From an archaeon (GTDB lineage Archaea; Undinarchaeota; Undinarchaeia; Undinarchaeales; JALTGF01): a DNA stretch of 34,402 nucleotides. The stretch is from positions 1-34,402 of the forward strand of contig JALTGF010000052.1 of the NCBI GenBank assembly GCA_027077325.1, read 5' to 3'. Within the stretch, counting starts at the first letter, position 1. Every line of letters begins with the position of its first letter. The translations under genes were made by a program, and so were the position numbers. Positions 1 through 7,265 of this stretch are shown one piece after another. The notes under the pieces were generated by a model that saw only the letters and a list, made by a program, of their open reading frames with translations, did not search any database and was not told where the DNA came from.

Positions 1-3000
1 AAGTAAAATTGAATTGTTGGCGTGCTTGTTGAAACTATTGTGCTGTTTCTTGTTGTAATGTATATTGTTGGTAGTGTGTTTGGAGTTGAGCTTTGTATTG
101 TCTCAGATCCGTTCATTGCACTTGCTCCTGCAGAATCCCAAACAGTAACCTCACATGTCCAGGTTTCTCCTGTGCTTGTGTCTGTGTAAGCAGGCGCAGT
201 TGGGGTGCTCTCTAAAGTGTTGTTTGTTACTGCCAAGTTTGTCTGGTCCCAATTATTTAAATGAATACCATCTCTATACCAGGTTACGTTTGCGAGCAAG
301 GTTGAATTCTCATTATCTGTAAACCTGAAATTGCAGCCCAAATTGTCTGAGCTGGTTGGATTGTCTGGAATAACATCAACTAAATTTAGTGTTGGTGCAT
401 GATTTTGGCTTTTTAATGTTCTAGCAGTATCGTTTATCCAGAACGTATTAACATTCCCAACATTGTCAACTGTGTGGGTCCCGATCTCGTAAAGTGTGTT
501 TGGATTTAATCCAGTCGCGTTGTAGTAAGGATTTGAAGTGTCAGCAACATGAGTCCCGTTTATCCAAATTTCGGTGTGGTCAAAGTCCGCATCGCTTGGG
601 TTTGTCCACTGCCAATAAATCCAAGTCGTTCCGCGAGCGGTTTCATCTAAATTTGAAACTGTCACAGGTGGTGTCCTGTCTAAAGTTACAGCTCTTTCCC
701 CGGTTGAGACAACACTCCCTGCGGTGTCATTTGCATAAACCTTAAATGTGTAAGTCCTTTCTGCAAGCCCTGTCTTGTTTTCCCAGTACAGGGTCCCTGT
801 GTGATTGTCAAATGTTTCATTCACGCCGTTCCACTCAAGAACAACAGAATCTAACTGCACGTTATCGTCTGCAGTCACATTAATGAATACCCAATCCTTT
901 GAGTAAGTTCCATTTGAGTCTGTATTTGAATTATAATACAAACTTGGGGCGACAGTATCAACTGTTATTGTCCTAACATCACTTTGTGCAGTGCTAATCC
1001 CGTCATCACATGTTACATACCAATTGTAAACTCCATCCAAAACTGATGATGGTACAGTTAAGTCAGTTACAGTATTGTTGAATGTAGTTGAGTTTGTTGC
1101 GAGTGGGCTTGAATTGTAGTAAAGCGTGCAGCTTGTGGTCTGGTTTTCATTATCTATGAAGTAAAATTGATGTGTTGGTGTGTTGTCATTTGTTATTGAA
1201 TTGTTGTCTGGGCTAACTAAATAAACTCCTGGTTTTGTGTTTGGGACATTTTGTATTGTCTCAGATCCATTCATTGCATTTGAGCCTGAGGCATCCCAAA
1301 CTGTAACTTCACAAGTCCAGGTTTCTCCTGCTTGGGTGTCTGCAGCGCTTGGAGCATTTGGCGCGTTAGTTGCTGTGTTGTTATTTACTGCAATATTTGT
1401 TGAATCCCAATTAGTTAAATGGCTTCCATCTCTGTACCAAGTGACATTAGCATAAAAGTCATTGTTTTCATTATCGTCTGCTAAGAAACTGCATCCTAAG
1501 TTTTGGTTCGAAAGTGGGCTGTCTGGAGTTACATTAACCCATCCAAAGAATGGCGGGTGATTTACTTTTAATGTCCTAGCAGTATCATTAACCCAGTTAG
1601 GATTAACATTCCCAACATTGTCAACTGTGTGGGTCCCGATCTCGTAAAGTGTGTTTGGATTTAATCCAGTCGCGTTGTAGTAAGGATTTGAAGTGTCAGC
1701 AACATGAGTCCCGTTTATCCAAATTTCGGTGTGGTCAAAGTCCGCATCGCTTGGGTTTGTCCACTGCCAATAAATCCAAGTTGTCCCAACTGCAGTTTCC
1801 CTTAGGTTTGAAATTGACCCTGGATATGAATTGTCTAATGTTATGGTCCTCAAAGGTGTTGAAACCTTATTTTCTGCAAGGTCTTCTGCCCAGGCCCTAA
1901 ATGTGTATGTGCCTGAAGCAAGCCCAGTCTTGTTTGTCCAGTAAGCATCTCCTGCATTTTGAGCAAAACTCTCGTTTACACCGTTCCACTCTAAAGTTAC
2001 AGAGTCAAGGTTTGCATCAGTTGCAGAAACATTTACGCTAATCCAATTCTTTGCATAAGTTCCATTTGCATCTGTATATGTAATATAATTTATATTTGGG
2101 GCAGTAATATCAATTGTAATTGTCTGTGTTGCAGAAACCCCAGTGTCTTTTCCATCGTAAACCTCTATATAATATGTGTGGGTGCCTTCACTTTGGGCGC
2201 TTGTAGGTGTTATTGTTGAAGGAGTATTATTTTGAACATTAAACTCTGTGGCCACAGAGTTTCCATCAAAGTAAAGTGTTGCATTTCCTGTTTCATTTTC
2301 ATTGTCAATAAAGTAATAATCAATTGTTGGACTTGTGTTTCTTGTGTAGGTATTGTTTGGCGTAGTTATGTAAACTCCTGGTGCAGTATTTGGAATGCCT
2401 GAAATTGTCACAGATGAGCTGTTTTGAGCAACATCCCCATCGCGGTCATGTAGTGTCACTTCGCATGTCCAGGTTTCTCCTGCTGTTGTGTCTGAAGCCG
2501 TTGGACCATTTGAACTCATTAGTGTGTTGTTTTGTGCCGTAACTGTTGTGTCCCATTCATTGTCTCTTATATTGTTTTTGTACCAAGTTATATCTGCAGG
2601 AAGTGTTAAGTTTTCTGCATCTTGGTATTGAAATTCGCAATTTAAATCATCGTCAGTTCTTGGGCTTGATGGGTTAATCCTTACAAAATCAAATGTTGGT
2701 AAAGTATCTACTGTAAGTGTTCTTGCAGTGTCATTTACGAATGAGCCAATATTACCTGCAGTATCAACGCTTCTTATCTCAATTTCATACAATGTGTCTG
2801 GGTTAAGCCCCGTGGCATTAAAGTATTCATTTGTAGTATTCTCTTGAAATGTTCCATTTAGCCAAACCTCAACATGGTCAAAGTCTGCATCGCTTGGGTT
2901 TGTCCACTGCCAATAAATCCAAGTTTCTCCAATTGCAGTTTCATTTAAATCTGAAACTCCTGCAGGAGCCGTTGTGTCCAATATTACTTTTCTCTCTTCT

Positions 3001-4019
3001 GAATATCCAGTATTTCCAGAAGTATCTTGAACATAAACCTTAAATGTGTAAGTTCCAGAAGATAACCCTGTTTTGTTTTCCCAATAAACATTCCCGTTGT
3101 TATTATCAAATGTTTCAGATGCGCCGTTCCAAATCAAATTTACTGTTTGCGGATTGTCTTCAATAACTGTTGCATTTATAAAAATCCAATCCTTTTTGTA
3201 TGTCCCATTCAGGTCTGTATTTGGATTAAAATTGATTACTGGTGCGACTGTATCATCGCTAGTTTGTGCCCAGTCAACCAGTCCAGTTCCTCTGTTTCCA
3301 ACATCATCAACAGTGACTGTCTTTATTTGGTAAGAAGTACTTGGTTGAAGTCCGGTTGCATTAAAGTATTCATTTGTAGTGTTTTCTTTAAACACACCAT
3401 TAATCCAAATCTCCGTGTGGTCAAAATCTGAATCAGTTGGATTGTTCCATGTCCAATAAATCCAATTTGTCCCAACAGATTGCTCTCCTAAATTATAAAC
3501 AACGTGTGGTGGCGTAGTGTCAATTGTTAATGTTCTCGTTTGGCTGTAAACCAAGTTAGAATTGCTGTCTATGCACCTTATTTTCCATCTATAAGTTCCT
3601 TCGGTGGTTTCAGTGATAGGAACGCCATTGTATCTCCCATCTGCATTTACAGATAAGTTGCTCCATTTTTGTGAGCCATTATACCAGAGAGAGCATCCAA
3701 CAGTTGCATCATCTGGATCACTAACAGAAAAATTATGTATGTTTGTTGTTTCTTTTGTTTTGTAGTTATTTGGCGGGGAATACAAAGTTATTACAGGATA
3801 TGCACTCCCGGTCACTACAGGGGGGGTTGGCCCCGAATCTATTACTTTTGATGTTGTTGGGCTTGTTTTATTTGTGCCAATCCCTAAAAAATGGACTCCT
3901 AAAACGTGGTTTTGTGTTGGGCTTTTCTTAATTATGAAAAAAGAAGCATATATAGGGCTAACTAAAAGTAATGTAATCAATACTGTCACTGCCAAGAGTT
4001 TCGCTACATTTTTAGTCAT
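1..4019 (-). CDS. Large secreted/cell-surface repeat protein (Ig-like/fibronectin-III-like domains), 5' part only; continues off the left edge (>1330 aa)
   Basis: Absent from the ORF track because no stop lies in the window. ATG at 4019 is preceded by GGGTGA. The N-terminus MTKNVAKLLAVTVLITLLLVSPIYA looks like a signal peptide. Spot checks at ~3320, 2920, 1790, 620 and 59 give the same frame. Repeated modules include DTxAP, WIYWQWTNPSDADFDH...NATGLNP.TLYEI and GETWTCEVT. The protein is Thr/Asn-rich with many N-x-S/T sequons. Confidence 0.88.
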   Translation of the reverse strand, partial: MTKNVAKLLAVTVLITLLLVSPIYASFFIIKKSPTQNHVLGVHFLGIGTNKTSPTTSKVIDSGPTPPVVTGSAYPVITLYSPPNNYKTKETTNIHNFSVSDPDDATVGCSLWYNGSQKWSNLSVNADGRYNGVPITETTEGTYRWKIRCIDSNSNLVYSQTRTLTIDTTPPHVVYNLGEQSVGTNWIYWTWNNPTDSDFDHTEIWINGVFKENTTNEYFNATGLQPSTSYQIKTVTVDDVGNRGTGLVDWAQTSDDTVAPVINFNPNTDLNGTYKKDWIFINATVIEDNPQTVNLIWNGASETFDNNNGNVYWENKTGLSSGTYTFKVYVQDTSGNTGYSEERKVILDTTAPAGVSDLNETAIGETWIYWQWTNPSDADFDHVEVWLNGTFQENTTNEYFNATGLNPDTLYEIEIRSVDTAGNIGSFVNDTARTLTVDTLPTFDFVRINPSSPRTDDDLNCEFQYQDAENLTLPADITWYKNNIRDNEWDTTVTAQNNTLMSSNGPTASDTTAGETWTCEVTLHDRDGDVAQNSSSVTISGIPNTAPGVYITTPNNTYTRNTSPTIDYYFIDNENETGNATLYFDGNSVATEFNVQNNTPSTITPTSAQSEGTHTYYIEVYDGKDTGVSATQTITIDITAPNINYITYTDANGTYAKNWISVNVSATDANLDSVTLEWNGVNESFAQNAGDAYWTNKTGLASGTYTFRAWAEDLAENKVSTPLRTITLDNSYPGSISNLRETAVGTTWIYWQWTNPSDADFDHTEIWINGTHVADTSNPYYNATGLNPNTLYEIGTHTVDNVGNVNPNWVNDTARTLKVNHPPFFGWVNVTPDSPLSNQNLGCSFLADDNENNDFYANVTWYRDGSHLTNWDSTNIAVNNNTATNAPNAPSAADTQAGETWTCEVTVWDASGSNAMNGSETIQNVPNTKPGVYLVSPDNNSITNDNTPTHQFYFIDNENQTTSCTLYYNSSPLATNSTTFNNTVTDLTVPSSVLDGVYNWYVTCDDGISTAQSDVRTITVDTVAPSLYYNSNTDSNGTYSKDWVFINVTADDNVQLDSVVLEWNGVNETFDNHTGTLYWENKTGLAERTYTFKVYANDTAGSVVSTGERAVTLDRTPPVTVSNLDETARGTTWIYWQWTNPSDADFDHTEIWINGTHVADTSNPYYNATGLNPNTLYEIGTHTVDNVGNVNTFWINDTARTLKSQNHAPTLNLVDVIPDNPTSSDNLGCNFRFTDNENSTLLANVTWYRDGIHLNNWDQTNLAVTNNTLESTPTAPAYTDTSTGETWTCEVTVWDSAGASAMNGSETIQSSTPNTLPTIYITTRNSTIVSTSTPTIQFY
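447..626. repeat. 180-bp exact direct repeat, copy 1 (intragenic)
   Basis: Identical to 1602-1781; offset 1155 bp = 385 codons. Confidence 0.95.
1602..1781. repeat. 180-bp exact direct repeat, copy 2; a partial third copy lies at ~2875-2924
   Basis: Identical to 447-626. About 50 bp at 2875-2924 match with one substitution (offset 1143 bp). Confidence 0.95.
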
Positions 4020-4101
4020 TCACCCAAACATTGAGTTATTATATAGTAAAAGGGGTATTTATATTTTTGGATTTTTACCACTGGTCAGTTAAAAATATAA
4101 A

Positions 4102-4123
4102 ATCAGGTGGGGCCAGCGTGATA
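4102..4123 (-). repeat. Orphan copy of the tRNA-Phe 3' end (22 nt identical), next to a 9-bp hairpin
   Basis: atcaggtggggccagcgtgata at 4102-4123 equals 4206-4227. Inverted repeat ctaggaacc (4130-4138) / ggttcctag (4157-4165). Confidence 0.92.
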
Positions 4124-4211
4124 CCCTAGCTAGGAACCTGCTTTGCAATTTATCCCGGTTCCTAGAACCTCCAGTAATAGAAATTATGACTACAAACAAA
4201 AAGTTATCAGG

Positions 4212-4326
4212 TGGGGCCAGCGTGATATCCAGCCGCACTGAATGCACAAAAGCGGCAGTGACGGCGTTTGAACACGCGACACCCAGATCTTCAGTCTGGT
4301 GCTCTCCCGAGCTGAGCTATGGCCCC
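4212..4326 (-). tRNA. tRNA-Phe(GAA) with a 41-nt BHB intron at T-loop position 59/60 (4226-4266)
   Basis: Acceptor GGGGCCA/TGGCCCC, anticodon arm CCAGA-CTGAAGA-TCTGG, T arm GCGTG-TTCAAA|intron|T-CACGC. BHB: TTCA:TGGA helix, bulges AA|C and TA|T, flanked by GCCG:CGGC. Confidence 0.95.
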
Positions 4327-4490
4327 ATTTTATAACATCTCATTAGTCTCTCTTATTATATATTAGTATTATATCATGTGAGTGTTTTTTACTTTTCTTA
4401 AGTTGTTGTTCTTGATTTGTTAAATCTATCTTATATATCTTTTTAAACCTCAAACTTTATAAGTCCAAAACACCTAACTTTAAAAAGATT

Positions 4491-4718
4491 ATGGTAACTG
4501 CTTTTATTTTAATAACAACAAAATCTGGAAAAGAAAAGAAAATCCGAAACACGCTTCTAAAAATTCCAGAAGTTAAGGAAGCCCAGGTAGTTTACGGGGA
4601 TTTTGACCTGGTTGTAAAGCTAGAAGCAGACAGCTTGGACAAACTAAACAATATTGTGCTTTCAAAAATTAGAAAACTTTCAGATATCTCTGTAACTACA
4701 ACTTTAATCTCAATATAA
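4491..4718 (+). CDS. Stand-alone Lrp/AsnC ligand-binding (RAM) domain protein
   Basis: Pattern AFILI...IPEVKEAQVVYGDFDLVVKL...KIRKL..I..T.TLI; no HTH; TATA-like TTTATAA at ~4456. Confidence 0.88.
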   Translation: MVTAFILITTKSGKEKKIRNTLLKIPEVKEAQVVYGDFDLVVKLEADSLDKLNNIVLSKIRKLSDISVTTTLISI

Positions 4719-4722
4719 CCTT

Positions 4723-4827
4723 ATGAAACTTGAAGTGCTTCTTAAAATTCTTGCAGTGTTTATGTTAATTTTTATATTAGGATTTATTTTTGCTGCAATT
4801 CATGTATTTGTTTTAGGTGGCCACTAA
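4723..4827 (+). CDS. Putative small single-TM membrane protein (34 aa)
   Basis: MKLEVLLKILAVFMLIFILGFIFAAIHVFVLGGH starts 4 nt after the Lrp stop and fills the gap; below the ORF-track cutoff. Confidence 0.5.
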   Translation: MKLEVLLKILAVFMLIFILGFIFAAIHVFVLGGH

Positions 4828-4840
4828 TGTCTTTTTTTAA

Positions 4841-5257
4841 TTAAAGTACTTGTGAAAGTTTTCCTCTCATATCCTCAAGTGCAGCCTTCATGTTGTTTGT
4901 AAGTGCTTTAATCTTTTCCTTCTCAACCTGGATGTCTGAAATCCTTTTTTCACTGGTAATTATCTGGTACTCAAGTTCTTCTTTGTCTTTTTTGAGGCTT
5001 TTAATTGCCTCTTCTAGCTCTTTCTCTTCTTGCTCTCTCTTCTCAAACTCTCCTTTCAAGGTTTCCTTTGTTTTTTCAAGTGCAAGAATTGTTTCAGCAA
5101 GCTTTTGCTTTTTCTCTTCGAGAAGTGAGGTCATTCGCTCAAATCTTTCCTTTGCTTCCTGAATATTCAAAGCGTGCTCTACCTCGTGATTTAAGTTATC
5201 AATTACATTATCAATCTCTTCAACACCTATTGTTTCTAAATCCATATTTGTTCCCAT
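4841..5257 (-). CDS. Coiled-coil hypothetical protein
   Basis: E/K/L heptad-rich 138 aa; GAGGAGG RBS upstream. Confidence 0.8.
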   Translation of the reverse strand: MGTNMDLETIGVEEIDNVIDNLNHEVEHALNIQEAKERFERMTSLLEEKKQKLAETILALEKTKETLKGEFEKREQEEKELEEAIKSLKKDKEELEYQIITSEKRISDIQVEKEKIKALTNNMKAALEDMRGKLSQVL

Positions 5258-5301
5258 TCTAACCTCCTCATTTTCTAGTGATTAAAGTAATATAAAAATG
5301 T

Positions 5302-5712
5302 TTACCAAACTGAACTAACTGCGCTATAAATTATATGGGCCATTATTACAATTGGCAGCCCTAACTCAAAAAATGCAAGGCTAAACAAAACACCCATTAC
5401 AAGGCCATCTGCCGTAAATGGCGGCCCGTAAACAAGCCCCATATAAATCATATACAGGATAGCACTCCCTAAAAGGCCTGGAATTAGCCCAAAAGTCCCT
5501 ATTAAAAACATTAGCAGGAAAAGCCTAAAGAAAATTTCTTCAACAATTGGGCCAATTACGACAAACCATGTGCGCTTTCTCAAAATTATGAAGTTTCCTT
5601 GGTACATTATTGCCCTGATTGGGATTGCAATCCCTAAAGAGAGCAGAGCAAGGGCTATTGGAACCATCCACCAGGGTTCAAGCGTTGCAATTATATCTAT
5701 TGGATTTATCAT
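5302..5712 (-). CDS. CPBP (CAAX protease/Abi) family membrane protein with degenerate motifs
   Basis: Multi-TM; GPIVEEIFFR motif 1 present; FxxxH replaced by YMIYM and HxxxN by HIIYS. Confidence 0.75.
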   Translation of the reverse strand: MINPIDIIATLEPWWMVPIALALLSLGIAIPIRAIMYQGNFIILRKRTWFVVIGPIVEEIFFRLFLLMFLIGTFGLIPGLLGSAILYMIYMGLVYGPPFTADGLVMGVLFSLAFFELGLPIVIMAHIIYSAVSSVW

Positions 5713-5713
5713 T

Positions 5714-6172
5714 TTAGCCTATTTCTGATAAGAGATTATGCGTTATATGTGCAAAAATTGGGACTACTATGCCAAACTGCATAAATGCAAACCCCATAAT
5801 TATCCCAAATATTAGCCCGTCTGCAAGTTTAAGCCCGCCATATGGTATGTGTGCTATCCCAAAAAGAAGTGCGGATGCGGCAATTGCAATGATTGTTGAA
5901 TTAAAAAATGGAATTAGCAATGTTATAAGCGCGAACCTGAAAACAATCTCCTCAATTATTGGGCCCGTTACTATTGTGTGAAAAGCGCCAGTTCTCCAAC
6001 CACCCGACATTGGGCTTATAATAATCTGTGACATCAAAAAGCAGGAAATTACAAATGTAATAATTCCAAGAACTGCGCCTAGCTCAATTGGCAGAATATT
6101 AAACGTGTGGCCAAGCAAAGTAACTTCTGCGTATTTGCTTAGAATTTGCTCTAACTCTACTAAGATGTCCAT
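5714..6172 (-). CDS. CPBP family intramembrane glutamic/metallo-protease
   Basis: GPIIEEIVFR, FGIAH and AHITHN motifs; multi-TM. Confidence 0.88.
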   Translation of the reverse strand: MDILVELEQILSKYAEVTLLGHTFNILPIELGAVLGIITFVISCFLMSQIIISPMSGGWRTGAFHTIVTGPIIEEIVFRFALITLLIPFFNSTIIAIAASALLFGIAHIPYGGLKLADGLIFGIIMGFAFMQFGIVVPIFAHITHNLLSEIG

Positions 6173-6202
6173 CTTGTCACTACTACTAAGTGATAAAATT
6201 AG

Positions 6203-6217
6203 TATATAAACCTTTTC
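6203..6217 (-). promoter_or_regulatory. Archaeal BRE/TATA promoter for the CPBP genes
   Basis: Minus strand reads GAAAAGG-TTTATATA about 30 nt upstream of the ATG at 6172. Confidence 0.55.
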
Positions 6218-6218
6218 T

Positions 6219-6857
6219 TTATTTAATGATCCCCTTTAGTTCTCTTAAATTGTGGATAATGTAGTCCGGGCTTTTTTCTTTAATCTTTTCTTCACTTTCC
6301 CATTCATACTTTGAAAGAATTATACTTTTACACCCAACTTTTTTTGCTACTTCAACATCGTCTGCCTTGTCTCCAATGTAATACGTTTCCAAAGGGCTAC
6401 AATTTGCATTGCTAATCATGTTATCTATGGCCTCAGCTTTATTTTCAAATGGGCTATCTGCAGTTATTATTTTGTCAAATGTAGTCTTTTCAAAAAGTCC
6501 TTTTTCAAAGCAAGCATCAATAAATGCACGGTCCCCATTAGTCACTAGTGCAACATAATGGTTTTGCTCTCTCAGGTATTTTAAAATTTCATTTGCTTCT
6601 GGATCAACTCTTGAGAGTGCTAATGTTCCATCTTTCTTTAAGATTTTGTCAATTTGCTCTTTTGCCTTTTGAATTTCTTCTTCGCTCTCCCCAATTAATT
6701 CTCTTAAAACAACAATTGTCTTCGGTCCAAAATGGCTTGCAATTTCCTCATCTGTGTAAGATTTTCCAAACAATTTTATTGTTTCCTTAAATGCATGTAT
6801 CCAACTCTTTCTCGAATCTATAAGGACTCCATCAAAATCAAAAATTATGCATGCCAT
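6219..6857 (-). CDS. HAD-superfamily hydrolase (phosphoglycolate phosphatase-like)
   Basis: Motif I FDFDGVL, motif II VTN, motif IV IGDKADD. True start is probably ATG 6857 (MACIIFD, with AGGTG RBS), not 6917. Confidence 0.9.
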   Translation of the reverse strand: MACIIFDFDGVLIDSRKSWIHAFKETIKLFGKSYTDEEIASHFGPKTIVVLRELIGESEEEIQKAKEQIDKILKKDGTLALSRVDPEANEILKYLREQNHYVALVTNGDRAFIDACFEKGLFEKTTFDKIITADSPFENKAEAIDNMISNANCSPLETYYIGDKADDVEVAKKVGCKSIILSKYEWESEEKIKEKSPDYIIHNLRELKGIIK

Positions 6858-6878
6858 TATAAGAACACCTTTGAAATA

Positions 6879-7083
6879 TATGAGGCGCCGAGCCCAGTGG
6901 CTGTGGTCAGCCAGCACCCATCCTGCACTCGCTTCGCGAGGCAGGATTTGATTTTTATTTCAAGTACTTGCAAATGTATAAGCGCCGAGACCAGGATTTC
7001 CGCCCCTTTTCTTTTCGCGAAAAGAAAAGGTGTAGGGTAGCCCAAAAGAAAAGGCAAGGTATTACCCTTTTTTTATTATATAT
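6879..7083 (-). repeat. Two ~100-bp units, each with an orphan tRNA-Ser 3'-end copy plus a hairpin
   Basis: 6982-6999 matches 7090-7107 at 17/18 nt; 6879-6897 matches 7084-7102 at 18/19 nt. A perfect 26-nt palindrome lies at 7005-7030 and the hairpin atcctgc-actcgcttcgcgag-gcaggat at ~6920-6947. Confidence 0.85.
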
Positions 7084-7090
7084 TATGAGG

Positions 7091-7215
7091 CGCCGAGGCC
7101 AGGATTTACAGTTCGCAAGCGAACGTAAATGTCCGCTTCGCGCACATTTGAACCTGGAAGGGCAAAGCCCACCTGCTCTCAAGGCAGGCGCGTTACCTGG
7201 TTCCGCCACCTCGGC
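7091..7215 (-). tRNA. tRNA-Ser(TGA) with a 42-nt intron at T-loop 59/60 (7105-7146)
   Basis: Acceptor GCCGAGG/CCTCGGC, discriminator G, anticodon arm CCTGC-CTTGAGA-GCAGG, long variable arm GGGC-TTT-GCCC, T arm CCAGG-TTCAAA|intron|T-CCTGG. Relaxed BHB (TTCA:TGTA). Confidence 0.93.
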
Positions 7216-7265
7216 GTTTGTCAAACCTGTTTGCTATTGTTTAAAAAACTTTCAAGTACTTAAAA

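Noticed and set aside
447-1781. Diversity-generating retroelement TR/VR pair
   Set aside because: The copies are identical with no adenine-specific mismatches, both are in frame within one gene, and no reverse transcriptase is present.
3820-3826. G7 tract near the surface-gene 5' end as a phase-variation switch
   Set aside because: The tract is short and in frame (Thr-Pro-Pro); variability cannot be shown without reads.
494-4092. Plus-strand ORFs in the first 4 kb, including the two near-identical 83-aa ORFs
   Set aside because: They are antisense shadows of the minus-strand surface-protein gene; their shared N-termini come from the 180-bp repeat.
4102-7107. CRISPR array interpretation of the repeat-spacer units
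   Set aside because: The repeats are tRNA 3' ends, there are only 2-3 copies per locus, spacers are ~80-90 nt and structured, and no cas genes are in the window.
7091-7215. tRNA-Sec or tRNA-Leu assignment for the long-variable-arm tRNA
   Set aside because: The anticodon is TGA (reads UCA, Ser), not TCA, with a normal 7-bp acceptor stem and G discriminator.
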